A stretch of 64,000 bases of DNA, taken from NCBI GenBank assembly GCA_964016885.1, contig OZ024762.1:28334001-28398000 (forward strand), given 5' to 3'. Both the position numbers and the translations under genes were made by a program. The stretch comes from Eledone cirrhosa. Lineage: Eukaryota. Position 1 is the stretch's first letter. Each line of letters starts with the position of its first letter. Positions 39,301-54,300 of this stretch are shown here, piece after piece. Under the pieces are notes generated by a model. It had not been told where the DNA came from and made no database searches. It saw only the letters and a program-made list of their open reading frames with translations.

Positions 39301-42300
39301 AACAAGACTAGCTTTTATTAAATATTGGGTTGGTCTGTAACAAGGCAATAGCTTTTTATTATATATTGGGTTGGTATGTAACAAGACAGTAGCTTTTATT
39401 CAATATTGGGTTGGCGTGTAACTAGACAGTAGCTTTTATTAAATATTAGGTTGGTCTGTAAAAAAGAAAATAGCTTTTATTAAATATTGGGTTGGTCTGT
39501 AACAAGACAGTAGCTTTTATTAAATATTAGGTTTCTCTGTAACGAGACAGTAGCTTTTATTCAATATTGGGTTGGTGTGTAACAAGACAGTAGCTTGTAT
39601 TCAATATTAGGTTGGTCTGTAACAAGACAGTAGCTTTGATTAAATATTAGGTTTGTGTGTAACAAGATTAGCTTTTATTAAATATTAGGTTGGTGTGTAA
39701 CAAGACAGTAGCTTTTATTAAATATTAGGTTTGTGTGTAAATAGACAGTAGCTTTTATTAAATATTAGGTTGGTCTGTAACAAGATAGTAGTTCTAATTG
39801 TATATTGGGTTGGCGTGTAACAAGACAATAGCTTTTATTAAATATTGGGTTGGTCTGTAACAAGACAGTAGCTTTTATTAAATATTAGGTTTGTCTGTAA
39901 CAAGACAATAGCTTTCATTATATATTGGCTTGGTGTGTAACAAGACAGTAGCTTTTATTTTATATTAGGTTTGTCTGTAACAAGACAGTAGCTTTTATTC
40001 AATATTGGGTTGGTGTGTAACAAGACAGTAGCTTGTATTCAATATTAGGTTGGTCTGTAACAAGACAGTAGCTTTTATTAAATATTAGGTTGGTGTGTAA
40101 CAAGACAGTAGCTTTTATTAAATATTAGGTTTGTGTGTAACTAGACAGTAGCTTTTATTAAATATTAGGTTGGTGTGTAACAAGACGGTAGCTTTTATTA
40201 AATATTAGGTTGGTCTGTAACAAGACGGTAGCTTTTATTAAATATTGAGTTGGTGTGTAACAAGACAGTAGTTTTATTAAATATTTGGTTGGTGTGTAAC
40301 AAGACAGTAGCTTTTATTAAATATTAGGTTTGTCTGTAACAAGACGGTAGCTTTTATTCAATATTCGGTTGGTGTGTAGCTTTTATTAAATATTAGGTTG
40401 GTCTGTAACAAGACAATTGCTTTTATCAAATATTGGGTTGGTGTGTAGCTTTTAGTAAATATTAGGTTGGTCTATAACAAGACGGTAGCTTTTATTCAAT
40501 ATTCGGTTGGTTACAACAAGACAGTAGCTTTTATTATGTATTAGGTTTGTCTGTAACAAGACAGTAGCTTGTATTCAATATTAGGTTGGTCTGTAACAAG
40601 ACAGTAGCTTTTATTAAATATTAGGTTGGTGTGTAACAAGACAGTAGCTTTTATTAAATATTAGGTTGATGTGTAACAAGAAAGTAGCTTTTATTAAATA
40701 TTAGGTTGGTCTGTAATAAGACAATAGCTTTCATTATATATTGGGTTGGTGTGTAACAAGACAGTAGCTTTTATTCAATATTAGGTTGTTGTGTAACATG
40801 ACAGTAGCTTTTATTCAATATTGGGTTGGTGTGTAACAAGACAGTAGCTTGTATTCAATATTAGGTTGGTCTGTAACAAGACAGTAGCTTTCATTATATA
40901 TTGGGTTGGTGTGTAACAAGACAGTAGCTTTTATTAAATATTAGGTTGGTCTGTAACAAGACAGTAGCTTTTATTAAATATTGGGTTGGTGTGTAACAAG
41001 ACAGTAGCTTTTATTATATATTAGGTTGGTCTGTAATAAGACAATAGCTTTCATAATATATTGGGTTGGTGTGTAAAAAGACAGTAGCTTTTATTCAATA
41101 TTATGTTCGTCTGTAACAAGACAGTAGCTTTTATTCAATATTGGGTTGGTGTGTAACAAGACAGTAGCTTGTATTCAATATTAGGTTGGTCTGTAACAAG
41201 ACAGTAGCTTTTATTAAATATTGGGTTGGTGTGTAACAAGACAGTAGCTTTGATTAAATATTAGGTTTGTGTGTAACAAGACTAGCTTTTATTAAATATT
41301 AGGTTGGTGTGTAACAGGGCAGTAGCTTTTATTAAATATTAGGTTTGTGTGTAAATAGACAGTAGCTTTTATTAAATATTAGGTTGGTCTGTAACAAGAT
41401 AGTAGCTTATATTATATATTGGGTTGGGGTGTAACAAGACAGTAGCTTTTATTCTATATTAGGTTTGTCTGTAACAAGACAGTAGCTTGTATTCAATATT
41501 AGGTTGTTCTGTAACAAGACAGTAGCTTTGATTAAATATTAGGTTTGTGTGTAACAAGACTAGCTTTTATTAAATATTAGGTTGGTGTGTAACAAGACAG
41601 TAGCTTTTATTAAATATTATGTTGGTCTGTAACAAGACAATAGCTCTTATTAAATATTGGGTTGGTCTGTAACAAGAAAATAGCTTTTATTATGTATTGG
41701 GTTGGTGTGTAAAAAGACAGTAGCTTTTATTAAATATTAGGTTGGTGTGTAACAAGACAGTAGCTTTCATTAAATATTAGGTTGGTCTGTAACAAGATAG
41801 TAGTTTTTATTGTATATTGGGTTGGTGTGTAAAAAGACAGTAGCTTTTATTCAATATTAGGTTCGTCTGTAACAAGACAGTAGCTTTTATTCAATATTGG
41901 GTTGGTGTGTAACAAGACAGTAGCTTGTATTCAATATTAGGTTGGTCTGTAACAAGACAGTAGCTTTTATTAAATATTGGGTTGTTGTGTAACAAGACAG
42001 TAGCTTTGATTAAATATTAGGTTTGTGTGTAACAAGACTAGCTTTTATTAAATATTAGGTTGGTGTGTAACAAGACAGTAGCTTTTATTAAATATTAGGT
42101 TTGTGTGTAAACAGACAGTAGCTTTTATTAAATATTAGGTTGGTCTGTAACAAGATAGTAGCTTATATTATATATTGGGTTGGGGTGTAACAAGACAGTA
42201 GCTTTTATTCTATATTAGGTTTGTCTGTAACAAGACAGTAGCTTTTATTCAATATTGGGTTGGTGTGTAAAAAGACAGTAGCTTGTATTCAATATTAGGT

Positions 42301-45300
42301 TGGTCTGTAACAAGACAGTAGCTTTGATTAAATATTAGGTTTGTGTGTAACAAGACTAGCTTTTATTAAATATTAGGTTGGTGTGTAACAAGACAGTAGC
42401 TTTTATTAAATATTATGTTGGTCTGTAACAAGACAATAGCTCTTATTATATATTGGGTTGGTCTGTAACAAGAAAATAGCTTTTATTATGTATTGGGTTG
42501 GTGTGTAAAAAGACAGTAGCTTTTATTAAATATTAGGTTGGTGTGTAACAAGACAGTAGCTTTCATTAAATATTAGGTTGGTCTGTAACAAGATAGTAGT
42601 TTTTATTGTATATTGGGTTGGCGTGTAACAAGACAGTAGCTTTTATTCAATCTTGGGTTGGTGTGTAACAAGACAGTAGCTTTTATTAAATATTGTGTTG
42701 GTCTGTAACAAGGCAATAGCTTTTATTAAATATTGGGTTGGTCTGTAACAAGACAGTAGCTTTTATTCAATATTAGGTTTGTCTGTAACAAGACAGTAGC
42801 TTTTATTCAATATTGGGTTGGTGTGTCACAAGACAGTAGCTTGTATTCAATATTAGGTTGGTCTGTAACAAGACAGTAGCTTTTATTAAATATTGGATTC
42901 GTGCGTAACAAGACAGTAGCTTTTATTAAATAATATGTTGGTCTGTAACAAGAAAATATATTTTATTATGTATTGGGTTGGTGTGTAACAAGATAGTAGC
43001 TTTTATTAAATATTAGGTTTGTGTGTAACAAGACAGTAGCTTTTATTATATATTAGGTTGGTGTGTAACAAGACGGTAGCTTTTATTAAATATTTGGTTG
43101 GTGTGTAACAAGACAGTAGCTTTTATTAAATATTAGGTTTGTCTGTAACAAGACGGTAGCTTTTATTCAATATTCGGTTGGTGTGTAGCTTTTATTAAAT
43201 ATTAGGTTGGTCTCTAACAAGACAATAGCTTTTATCAAATATTGGGTTGGTGTGTAACAAGGCAGTAGCTTTTATTAAATATTGGGTTCGTGTGTAACAA
43301 GACAGTAGCTTTTATTAAATATTAGGTTCGTGTGTAACAAGACAGTAGCTTTTATTAAATATTAGGTTTGTCTGTAACAAGACAGTAGATTTTACTCAAT
43401 ATTGGGTTGGTGTGTAACAAGACAGTAGCTTGTATTCAATATTAGGTTGGTCTGTAACAAGACAGTAGCTTTTATTAAATATTGGGTTCGTGCGTAACAA
43501 GACAGTAGCTTTTATTAAATAATATGTTGGTCTGTAACAAGAAAATATCTTTTATTATGTATTGGGTTGGTGTGTAACAAGACAGTAGCTTTTATTAAAT
43601 ATTAGGTTTGTGTGTAACTAGACAGTAGCTTTTATTAAATATTATGTTGGTCTGTAACAAGACAATAGCTCTTATTAAATATTGGGTTGGTCTGTAACAA
43701 GAAAATAGCTTTTATTATGTATTGGGTTGGTGTGTAAGAAGACAGTAGCTTTTATTAAATATTAGGTTGGTGTGTAACAAGACAGTAGCTTTCATTAAAT
43801 ATTAGGTTGGTCTGTAACAAGATAGTAGTTTTTATTGTATATTGGGTTGGTGTGTAAAAAGACAGTAGCTTTTATTCAATATTAGGTTCGTCTGTAACAA
43901 GACAGTAGCTTTTATTCAATATTGGGTTGGTGTGTAACAAGACAGTAGCTTGTATTCAATATTAGGTTGGTCTGTAACAAGACAGTAGCTTTTATTAAAT
44001 ATTGGGTTGTTGTGTAACAAGACAGTAGCTTTGATAAAATATTAGGTTTGTGTGTAACAAGACTAGCTTTTATTAAATATTAGGTTGGTGTGTAACAAGA
44101 CAGTAGCTTTTATTAAATATTAGGTTTGTGTGTAAATAGACAGTAGCTTTTATTAAATATTAGGTTGGTCTGTAACAAGATAGTAGCTTATATTATATAT
44201 TGGGTTGGGGTGTAACAAGACAGTAGCTTTTATTCTATATTAGGTTTGTCTGTAACAAGACAGTAGCTTTTATTCAATATTGGGTTGGTGTGTAAAAAGA
44301 CAGTAGCTTGTATTCAATATTAGGTTGGTCTGTAACAAGACAGTAGCTTTGATTAAATATTAGGTTTGTGTGTAACAAGACTAGCTTTTATTAAATATTA
44401 GGTTGGTGTGTAACAAGACAGTAGCTTTTATTAAATATTATGTTGGTCTGTAACAAGACAATAGCTCTTATTATATATTGGGTTGGTCTGTAACAAGAAA
44501 ATAGCTTTTATTATGTATTGGGTTGGTGTGTAAAAAGACAGTAGCTTTTATTAAATATTAGGTTGGTCTGTAACAAGACAGTAGCTTTCATTAAATATTA
44601 GGTTGGTCTGTAACAAGATAGTAGTTTTTATTGTATATTGGGTTGGCGTGTAACAAGACAGTAGCTTTCATTAAATATTGGATTGCTACGTAACAAGACA
44701 GTAGCTTTTATTAAATATTAGGTTTGTGTGTAACAAGACTGTAGCTTTTATTCAATCTTGGGTTGGTGTGTAACAAGACAGTAGCTTTTATTAAATATTG
44801 TGTTGGTCTGTAACAAGGCAATAGCTTTTATTATATATTGGGTTGGTCTGTAACAAGACAGTAGCTTTTATTCAATATTGGGTTGGCGTGTAACAAGACA
44901 GTAGCTTTTATTCAATATTGGGTTGGTGTGTAACTAGACAGTAGCTTTTATTAAATATTAGGTTGGTCTGTAACAAGACAATAGCTTTTATTAAATATTG
45001 GGTTGGTCTGTAACAAGACAGTAGCTTTTATTCAATATTAGGTTTGTCTGTAACAAGACAGTAGCTTTTATTCAATATTGGGTTGGTGTGTAACAAGACA
45101 GTAGCTTGTATTCAATATTAGGTTGGTCTGTAACAAGACAGTAGCTTTTATTAAATATTGGGTTCGTGCGTAACAAGACAGTAGCTTTTATTAAATAATA
45201 TGTTGGTCTGTAACAAGAAAATATCTTTTATTATGTATTGGGTTGGTGTGTAACAAGACAGTAGCTTTTATTAAATATTAGGTTTGTGTGTAACTAGAGA

Positions 45301-48300
45301 GTAGCTTTTATTAAATATTAGGTTGGTCTGTAACAAGACAGTAGCTTTTATTAAATATTGGGTTGGTGTGTAACAAGACAGTAGCTTTTATTAAATATTA
45401 GGTTGGTCTGTAATAAGACAATAGCTTTCATAATATATTGGGTTGGTGTGTAACAAGACAGTAGCTTGTATTCAATATTAGGTTGGTCTGTAACAAGACA
45501 GTAGCTTTTAATAAATATTGGGTTGGTGTGTAACAAGACAGTAGCTTTGATTAAATATTAGGTTTGTGTGTAACAAGACTAGCTGATATTATATATTGGG
45601 TTGGGGTGTAACAAGACAGTAGCTTTTATTCTATATTAGGTTTGTCTGTAACAAGACAGTAGCTTTTATTCAATATTGGGTTGGTGTGTAACAAGACAGT
45701 AGCTTGTATTCAATATTAGGTTGGTCTGTAACAAGACAGTAGCTTTTATTAAATATTGGGTTGTTGTGTAACAAGACAGTAGCTTTGATTAAATATTAGG
45801 TTTGTGTGTAACAAGACTAGATTTTATTAAATATTAGGTTGGTGTGTAACAAGACAGTAGCTTTTATTAAATATTAGGTTTGTGTGTAAACAGACAGTAG
45901 CTTTTATTAAATATTAGGTTGGTCTGTAACAAGATAGTAGCTTATATTATATATTGGGTTGGGGTGTAACAAGACAGTAGCTTTTATTCAATATTAGGTT
46001 TGTCTGTAACAAGACAGTAGCTTTTATTCAATATTGGGTTGGTGTGTCACAAGACAGTAGCTTGTATTCAATATTAGGTTGGTCTGTAACAAGACAGTAG
46101 CTTTTATTAAATATTGGGTTCGTGCGTAACAAGACAGTAGCTTTTATTAAATAATATGTTGGTCTGTAACAAGAAAATATCTTTTATTATGTATTGGGTT
46201 GGTGTGTAACAAGATAGTAGCTTTTATTAAATATTAGGTTTGTGTGTAACAAGACAGTAGCTTTTATTATATATTAGGTTGGTGTGTAACAAGACGGTAG
46301 CTTTTATTAAATATTTGGTTGGTGTGTAACAAGACAGTAGCTTTTATTAAATATTAGGTTTGTCTGTAACAAGACGGTAGCTTTTATTCAATATTCGGTT
46401 GGTGTGTAGCTTTTATTAAATATTAGGTTGGTCTCTAACAAGACAATAGCTTTTATCAAATATTGGGTTGGTGTGTAACAAGACTGTAGCTTTTATTAAA
46501 TATTGGGTTCGTGTGTAACAAGACAGTAGCTTTTATTAAATATTAGGTTCGTGTGTAACAAGACAGTAGCTTTTATTAAATATTAGGTTTGTCTGTAACA
46601 AGACAGTAGATTTTACTCAATATTGGGTTGGTGTGTAACAAGACAGTAGCTTGTATTCAATATTAGGTTGGTCTGTAACAAGACAGTAGCTTTCATTAAA
46701 TATTGGGTTCGTGCGTAACAAGACAGTAGCTTTTATTAAATAATATGTTGGTCTGTAACAAGAAAATATCTTTTATTATGTATTGGGTTGGTGTGTAACA
46801 AGACAGTAGCTTTTATTAAATATTAGGTTTGTGTGTAACTAGAGAGTAGCTTTTATTAAATATTATGTTGGTCTGTAACAAGACAATAGCTCTTATTAAA
46901 TATTGGGTTGGTCTGTAACAAGAAAATAGCTTTTATTATGTATTGGGTTGGTGTGTAAGAAGACAGTAGCTTTTATTAAATATTAGGTTGGTGTGTAACA
47001 AGACAGTAGCTTTCATTAAATATTAGGTTGGTCTGTAACAAGATAGTAGTTTTTATTGTATATTGGGTTGGTGTGTAAAAAGACAGTAGCTTTTATTCAA
47101 TATTAGGTTCGTCTGTAACAAGACAGTAGCTTTTATTCAATATTGGGTTGGTGTGTAACAAGACAGTAGCTTGTATTCAATATTAGGTTGGTGTGTAACA
47201 AGACAGTAGCTTTTATTAAATATTGGGTTGTTGTGTAACAAGACAGTAGCTTTGATAAAATATTAGGTTTGTGTGTAACAAGACAGTAGCTTTTATTAAA
47301 TATTAGGTTTGTGTGTAAATAGACAGTAGCTTTTATTAAATATTAGGTTGGTCTGTAACAAGATAGTAGCTTATATTATATATTGGGTTGGGGTGTAACA
47401 AGACAGTAGCTTTTATTCAATATTGGGTTGGTGTGTAAAAAGACAGTAGCTTGTATTCAATATTAGGTTGGTCTGTAACAAGACAGTAGCTTTGATTAAA
47501 TATTAGGTTTGTGTGTAACAAGACTAGCTTTTATTAAATATTAGGTTGATGTGTAACAAGACAGTAGCTTTTATTAAATATTATGTTGGTCTGTAACAAG
47601 ACAATAGCTCTTATTATATATTGGGTTGGTCTGTAACAAGAAAATAGCTTTTATTATGTATTGGGTTGGTGTGTAAAAAGACAGTAGCTTTTATTAAATA
47701 TTAGGTTGGTCTGTAACAAGACAGTAGCTTTCATTAAATATTAGGTTGGTCTCTAACAAGATAGTAGTTTTTATTGTATATTGGGTTGGCGTGTAACAAG
47801 ACAGTAGCTTTCATTAAATATTGGATTGCTACGTAACAAGACAGTAGCTTTTATTAAATATTAGGTTTGTGTGTAACAAGTCTGTAGCTTTTATTCAATC
47901 TTGGGTTGGTGTGTAACAAGACAGTAGCTTTTATTAAATATTGTGTTGGTCTGTAACAAGGCAATAGCTTTTATTATATATTGGGTTGGTCTGTAACAAG
48001 ACAGTAGCTTTTATTCAATATTGGGTTGGCGTGTAACAAGACAGTAGCTTTTATTCAATATTGGGTTGGTGTGTAACTAGACAGTAGCTTTTATTAAATA
48101 TTAGGTTGGTCTGTAACAAGACAATAGCTTTTATTAAATATTGGGTTGGTCTGTAACAAGACAGTAGCTTTTATTCAATATTAGGTTTGTCTGTAACAAG
48201 ACAGTAGCTTTTATTCAATATTGGGTTGGTGTGTAACAAGACAGTAGCTTGTATTCAATATTAGGTTGGTCTGTAACAAGACAGTAGCTTTTATTAAATA

Positions 48301-51300
48301 TTGGGTTCGTGCGTAACAAGACAGTAGCTTTTATTAAATAATATGTTGGTCTGTAACAAGAAAATATCTTTTATTATGTATTGGGTTGGTGTGTAACAAG
48401 ACAGTAGCTTTTATTAAATATTAGGTTTGTGTGTAACTAGAGAGTAGCTTTTATTAAATATTAGGTTGGTCTGTAACAAGACAGTAGCTTTTATTAAATA
48501 TTGGGTTGGTGTGTAACAAGACAGTAGCTTTTATTAAATATTAGGTTGGTCTGTAATAAGACAATAGCTTTCATAATATATTGGGTTGGTGTGTAACAAG
48601 ACAGTAGCTTGTATTCAATATTAGGTTGGTCTGTAACAAGACAGTAGCTTTTAATAAATATTGGGTTGGTGTGTAACAAGACAGTAGCTTTGATTAAATA
48701 TTAGGTTTGTGTGTAACAAGACTAGCTGATATTATATATTGGGTTGGGGTGTAACAAGACAGTAGCTTTTATTCTATATTAGGTATGTCTGTAACAAGAC
48801 AGTAGCTTTTATTCAATATTGGGTTTGTGTGTAACAAGACAGTAGCTTGTATTCAATATTAGGTTGGTCTGTAACAAGACAGTAGCTTTGATTAAATATT
48901 AGGTTTGTGTGTAACAAGACTAGCTTTTATTAAATATTAGGTTGGTGTGTAACAAGACAGTAGCTTTTATTAAATATTATGTTGGTCTGTAACAAGACAA
49001 TAGCTCTTATTATATATTGGGTTGGTCTGTAACAAGAAAATAGCTTTTATTATGTATTGGGTTGGTGTGTAAAAAGACAGTAGCTTTTATTAAATATTAG
49101 GTTGGTCTGTAACAAGACAGTAGCTTTCATTAAATATTAGGTTGGTCTGTAACAAGATAGTAGTTTTTATTGTATATTGGGTTGGCGTGTAACAAGACAG
49201 TAGCTTTCATTAAATATTGGATTGCTACGTAACAAGACAGTAGCTTTTATTAAATATTAGGTTTGTGTGTAACAAGTCTGTAGCTTTTATTCAATCTTGG
49301 GTTGGTGTGTAACAAGACAGTAGCTTTTATTAAATATTGTGTTGGTCTGTAACAAGGCAATAGCTTTTATTATATATTGGGTTGGTCTGTAACAAGACAG
49401 TAGCTTTTATTCAATATTGGGTTGGCGTGTAACAAGACAGTAGCTTTTATTCAATATTGGGTTGGTGTGTAACTAGACAGTAGCTTTTATTAAATATTAG
49501 GTTGGTCTGTAACAAGACAATAGCTTTTATTAAATATTGGGTTGGTCTGTAACAAGACAGTAGCTTTTATTCAATATTAGGTTTGTCTGTAACAAGACAG
49601 TAGCTTTTATTCAATATTGGGTTGGTGTGTAACAAGACAGTAGCTTGTATTCAATATTAGGTTGGTCTGTAACAAGACAGTAGCTTTTATTAAATATTGG
49701 GTTCGTGCGTAACAAGACAGTAGCTTTTATTAAATAATATGTTGGTCTGTAACAAGAAAATATCTTTTATTATGTATTGGGTTGGTGTGTAACAAGACAG
49801 TAGCTTTTATTAAATATTAGGTTTGTGTGTAACTAGAGAGTAGCTTTTATTAAATATTAGGTTGGTCTGTAACAAGACAGTAGCTTTTAATAAATATTGG
49901 GTTGGTGTGTAACAAGACAGTAGCTTTTATTAAATATTAGGTTGGTCTGTAATAAGACAATAGCTTTCATAATATATTGGGTTGGTGTGTAACAAGACAG
50001 TAGCTTGTATTCAATATTAGGTTGGTCTGTAACAAGACAGTAGCTTTTAATAAATATTGGGTTGGTGTGTAACAAGACAGTAGCTTTGATTAAATATTAG
50101 GTTTGTGTGTAACAAGACTAGCTGATATTATATATTGGGTTGGGGTGTAACAAGACAGTAGCTTTTATTCTATATTAGGTTTGTCTGTAACAAGACAGTA
50201 GCTTTTATTCAATATTGGGTTTGTGTGTAACAAGACAGTAGCTTGTATTCAATATTAGGTTGGTCTGTAACAAGACAGTAGCTTTGATTAAATATTAGGT
50301 TTGTGTGTAACAAGACTAGCTTTTATTAAATATTAGGTTGGTGTGTAACAAGACAGTAGCTTTTATTAAATATTATGTTGGTCTGTAACAAGACAATAGC
50401 TCTTATTAAATATTGGGTTGGTCTGTAACAAGAAAATAGCTTTTATTATGTATTGCGTTGGTGTGTAAGAAGAGAGTAGCTTTTATTAAATATTAGGTTG
50501 GTGTGTAACAAGACAGTAGCTTTCATTAAATATTAGGTTGGTCTGTAACAAGATAGTAGTTTTTATTGTATATTGGGTTGGCGTGTAACAAGACAGTAGC
50601 TTTTATTAAATATTGGATTGCTACGTACCAAGACAGTAGCTTTTATTAAATATTAGGTTTGTCTCTAACAAGACAGTAGCTTTTATTCAATCTTGGGTTG
50701 GTGTGTAACAAGACAGTAGCTTTTATTAAATATTGGGTTGGTCTGTAACAAGACAATAGCTTTTATTATATATTGGGTTGGTCTGTAACAAGACAGTAGC
50801 TTTTATTCAATATTGGGTTGGCGTGTAACAAGACAGTAGCTTTTATTCAATATTGGGTTGGTGTGTAACTAGACAGTAGCTTTTATTAAATATTAGGTTG
50901 GTCTGTAACAAGACAATAGCTTTTATTAAATATTGGGTTGGTCTGTAACAAGACAGTAGCTTTTATTCAATATTAGGTTTGTCTGTAACAAGACAGTAGC
51001 TTTTATTCAATATTGGGTTGGTGTGTAACAAGACAGTAGCTTGTATTCAATATTAGGTTGGTCTGTAACAAGACAGTAGCTTTTATTAAATATTGGGTTC
51101 GTGCGTAACAAGACAGTAGCTTTTATTAAATAATATGTTGGTCTGTAACAAGAAAATATCTTTTATTATGTATTGGGTTGGTGTGTAACAAGATAGTAGC
51201 TTTTATTAAATATTAGGTTTGTGTGTAACAAGACAGTAGCATTTATTATATATTAGGTTGGTGTGTAACAAGACGGTAGCTTTTATTAAATATTGAGTTG

Positions 51301-54300
51301 GTGTGTAACAAGACAGTAGTTTTATTAAATATTTGGTTGGTGTGTAACAAGACAGTAGCTTTTATTAAATATTAGGTTTGTCTGTAACAAGACGGTAGCT
51401 TTTATTCAATATTCGGTTGGTGTGTAGCTTTTATTAAATATTAGGTTGGTCTCTAACAAGACAATAGCTTTTATCAAATATTGGGTTGGTGTGTAACAAG
51501 GCAGTAGCTTTTATTAAATATTGGGTTCGTGTGTAACAAGACAGTAGCTTTTATTAAATATTAGGTTCGTGTGTAACAAGACAGTAGCTTTTATTATATA
51601 TTAGGTTTGTCTGTAACAAGACAGTAGCTTTTATTAAATAATATGTTGGTCTGTAACAAGAAAATATCTTTTATTATGTATTGGGTTGGTGTGTAACAAG
51701 ACAGTAGCTTTTATTAAATATTAGGTTTGTGTGTAACTAGACAGTAGCTTTTATTAAATATTATGTTGGTCTGTAACAAGACAATAGCTCTTATTAAATA
51801 TTGGGTTTGTCTGTAACAAGAAAATAGCTTTTATTATGTATTGGGTTGGTGTGTAAGAAGACAGTAGCTTTTATTAAATATTAGGTTGGTGTGTAACAAG
51901 ACAGTAGCTTTCATTAAATATTAGGTTGGTCTGTAACAAGATAGTAGTTTTTATTGTATATTGGGTTGGCGTGTAACAAGACAGTAGCTTTTATTAAATA
52001 TTGGATTGCTACGTAACAAGACAGTAGCTTTTATTAAATATTAGGTTTGTCTGTAAGAAGACAGTAGCTTTTATTCAATCTTGCGTTGGTGTGTAACAAG
52101 ACAGTAGCTTTTATTAAATATTGGGTTGGTCTGTAACAAGACAATATCTTTTATTATATATTGGGTTGGTCTGTAACAAGACAGTAGCTTTTATTCAATA
52201 TTGGGTTGGCGTGTTACAAGACAGTAGCTTTTATTCAATATTGGGTTGGTGTGTAACTAGACAGTAGCTTTTATTAAATATTAGGTTGGTCTGTAACAAG
52301 ACAATAGCTTTTATTAAATATTGGGTTGGTCTGTAACAAGACAGTAGCTTGTATTCAATATTAGGTTTGTCTGTAACAAGACGGTAGCTTTTATTCAATA
52401 TTCGGTTTGTGTGTAGCTTTTATTAAATATTAGGTTGGTCTGTAACAAGACAATAGCTTTTATCAAATATTGGGTTGGTGTGTAACAAGACAGTAGCTTT
52501 TAGTAAATATTAGGTACGTCTGTAACAAGACGGTAGCTTTTATTCAATATTCGGTTGGTTACAACAAGACAGTAGCTTTTATTAAGTATTAGGTTGGTCT
52601 GTAACAAGACAGTAGCTTTTATTAAATATTGGTTTGGTGTGTAACAAGACAGTTGCTTTTATTCAATATTAGGTTGGTGTTTGACAAGACAGTAGCTTTT
52701 ATTAAATATTAGGATGATGTGTAACAAGAAAGTAGCTTTTATTAAATATTAGATTGGTCTGTAATAAGACAATAGCTTTCATTATATATTGGTATGGTGT
52801 GTAACAAGACAGTAGCTTTTATTAAATATTGGTTTGGTGTGTAACAAGACAGTAGCTTTTATTCAATATTAGGTTGGTGTTTAACAAGACAGTAGCTTTT
52901 ATTAAATATTAGGTTGATGTGTAACAAGAAAGTAGCTTTTATTAAATATTAGGTTGGTCTGTAATAAGACAATAGCTTTCATTATATATTGGTATGGTGT
53001 GTAACAAGACAGTAGCTTTTATTCAATATTAGGTTGTTGTGTAACAAGACAGTAGCTTTTATTCAATATTAGGTTGGTCTGTAACAAGACAGTAGCTTTC
53101 ATTATATATTGGGTTGGTGTGTAACAAGACAGTAGCTTTTATTAACTATTAGGTTGGTCTGTAACAAGACAGTAGCTTTTATTCAATATTGGGTTTGTGT
53201 GTAACAAGACAGTAGCTTGTATTCAATATTAGGTTGGTCTGTAACAAGACAGTAGCTTTGATTAAATATTAGGTTTGTGTGTAACAAGACTAGCTTTTAT
53301 TAAATATTAGGTTGGTGTGTAACAAGACAGTAGCTTTTATTAAATATTATGTTGGTCTGTAACAAGACAATAGCTCTTATTAAATATTGGGTTGGTCTGT
53401 AACAAGAAAATAGCTTTTATTATGTATTGCGTTGGTGTGTAAGAAGAGAGTAGCTTTTATTAAATATTAGGTTGGTGTGTAACAAGACAGTAGCTTTCAT
53501 TAAATATTAGGTTGGTCTGTAACAAGATAGTAGTTTTTATTGTATATTGGGTTGGCGTGTAACAAGACAGTAGCTTTTATTAAATATTGGATTGCTACGT
53601 AACAAGACAGTAGCTTTTATTAAATATTAGGTTTGTCTCTAACAAGACAGTAGCTTTTATTCAATCTTGGGTTGGTGTGTAACAAGACAGTAGCTTTTAT
53701 TAAATATTGGGTTGGTCTGTAACAAGACAATAGCTTTTATTATATATTGGGTTGGTCTGTAACAAGACAGTAGCTTTTATTCAATATTGGGTTGGCGTGT
53801 AACAAGACCGTAGCTTTTATTCAATATTGGGTTGGTGTGTAACTAGACAGTAGCTTTTATTAAATATTAGGTTGGTCTGTAACAAGACAATAGCTTTTAT
53901 TAAATATTGGGTTGGTCTGTAACAAGACAGTAGCTTTTATTCAATATTAGGTTTTTCTGTAACAAGACAGTAGCTTTTATTCAATATTGGGTTGGTGTGT
54001 AACAAGACAGTAGCTTGTATTCAATATTAGGTTGGTCTGTAACAAGACAGTAGCTTTTATTAAATATTGGGTTCGTGCGTAACAAGACAGTAGCTTTTAT
54101 TAAATAATATGTTGGTCTGTAACAAGAAAATATCTTTTATTATGTATTGGGTTGGTGTGTAACAAGATAGTAGCTTTTATTAAATATTAGGTTGGTGTGT
54201 AACAAGACAGTAGCTTTTATTATATATTAGGTTGGTGTGTAACAAGACGGTAGCTTTTATTAAATATTGAGTTGGTGTGTAACAAGACAGTAGTTTTATT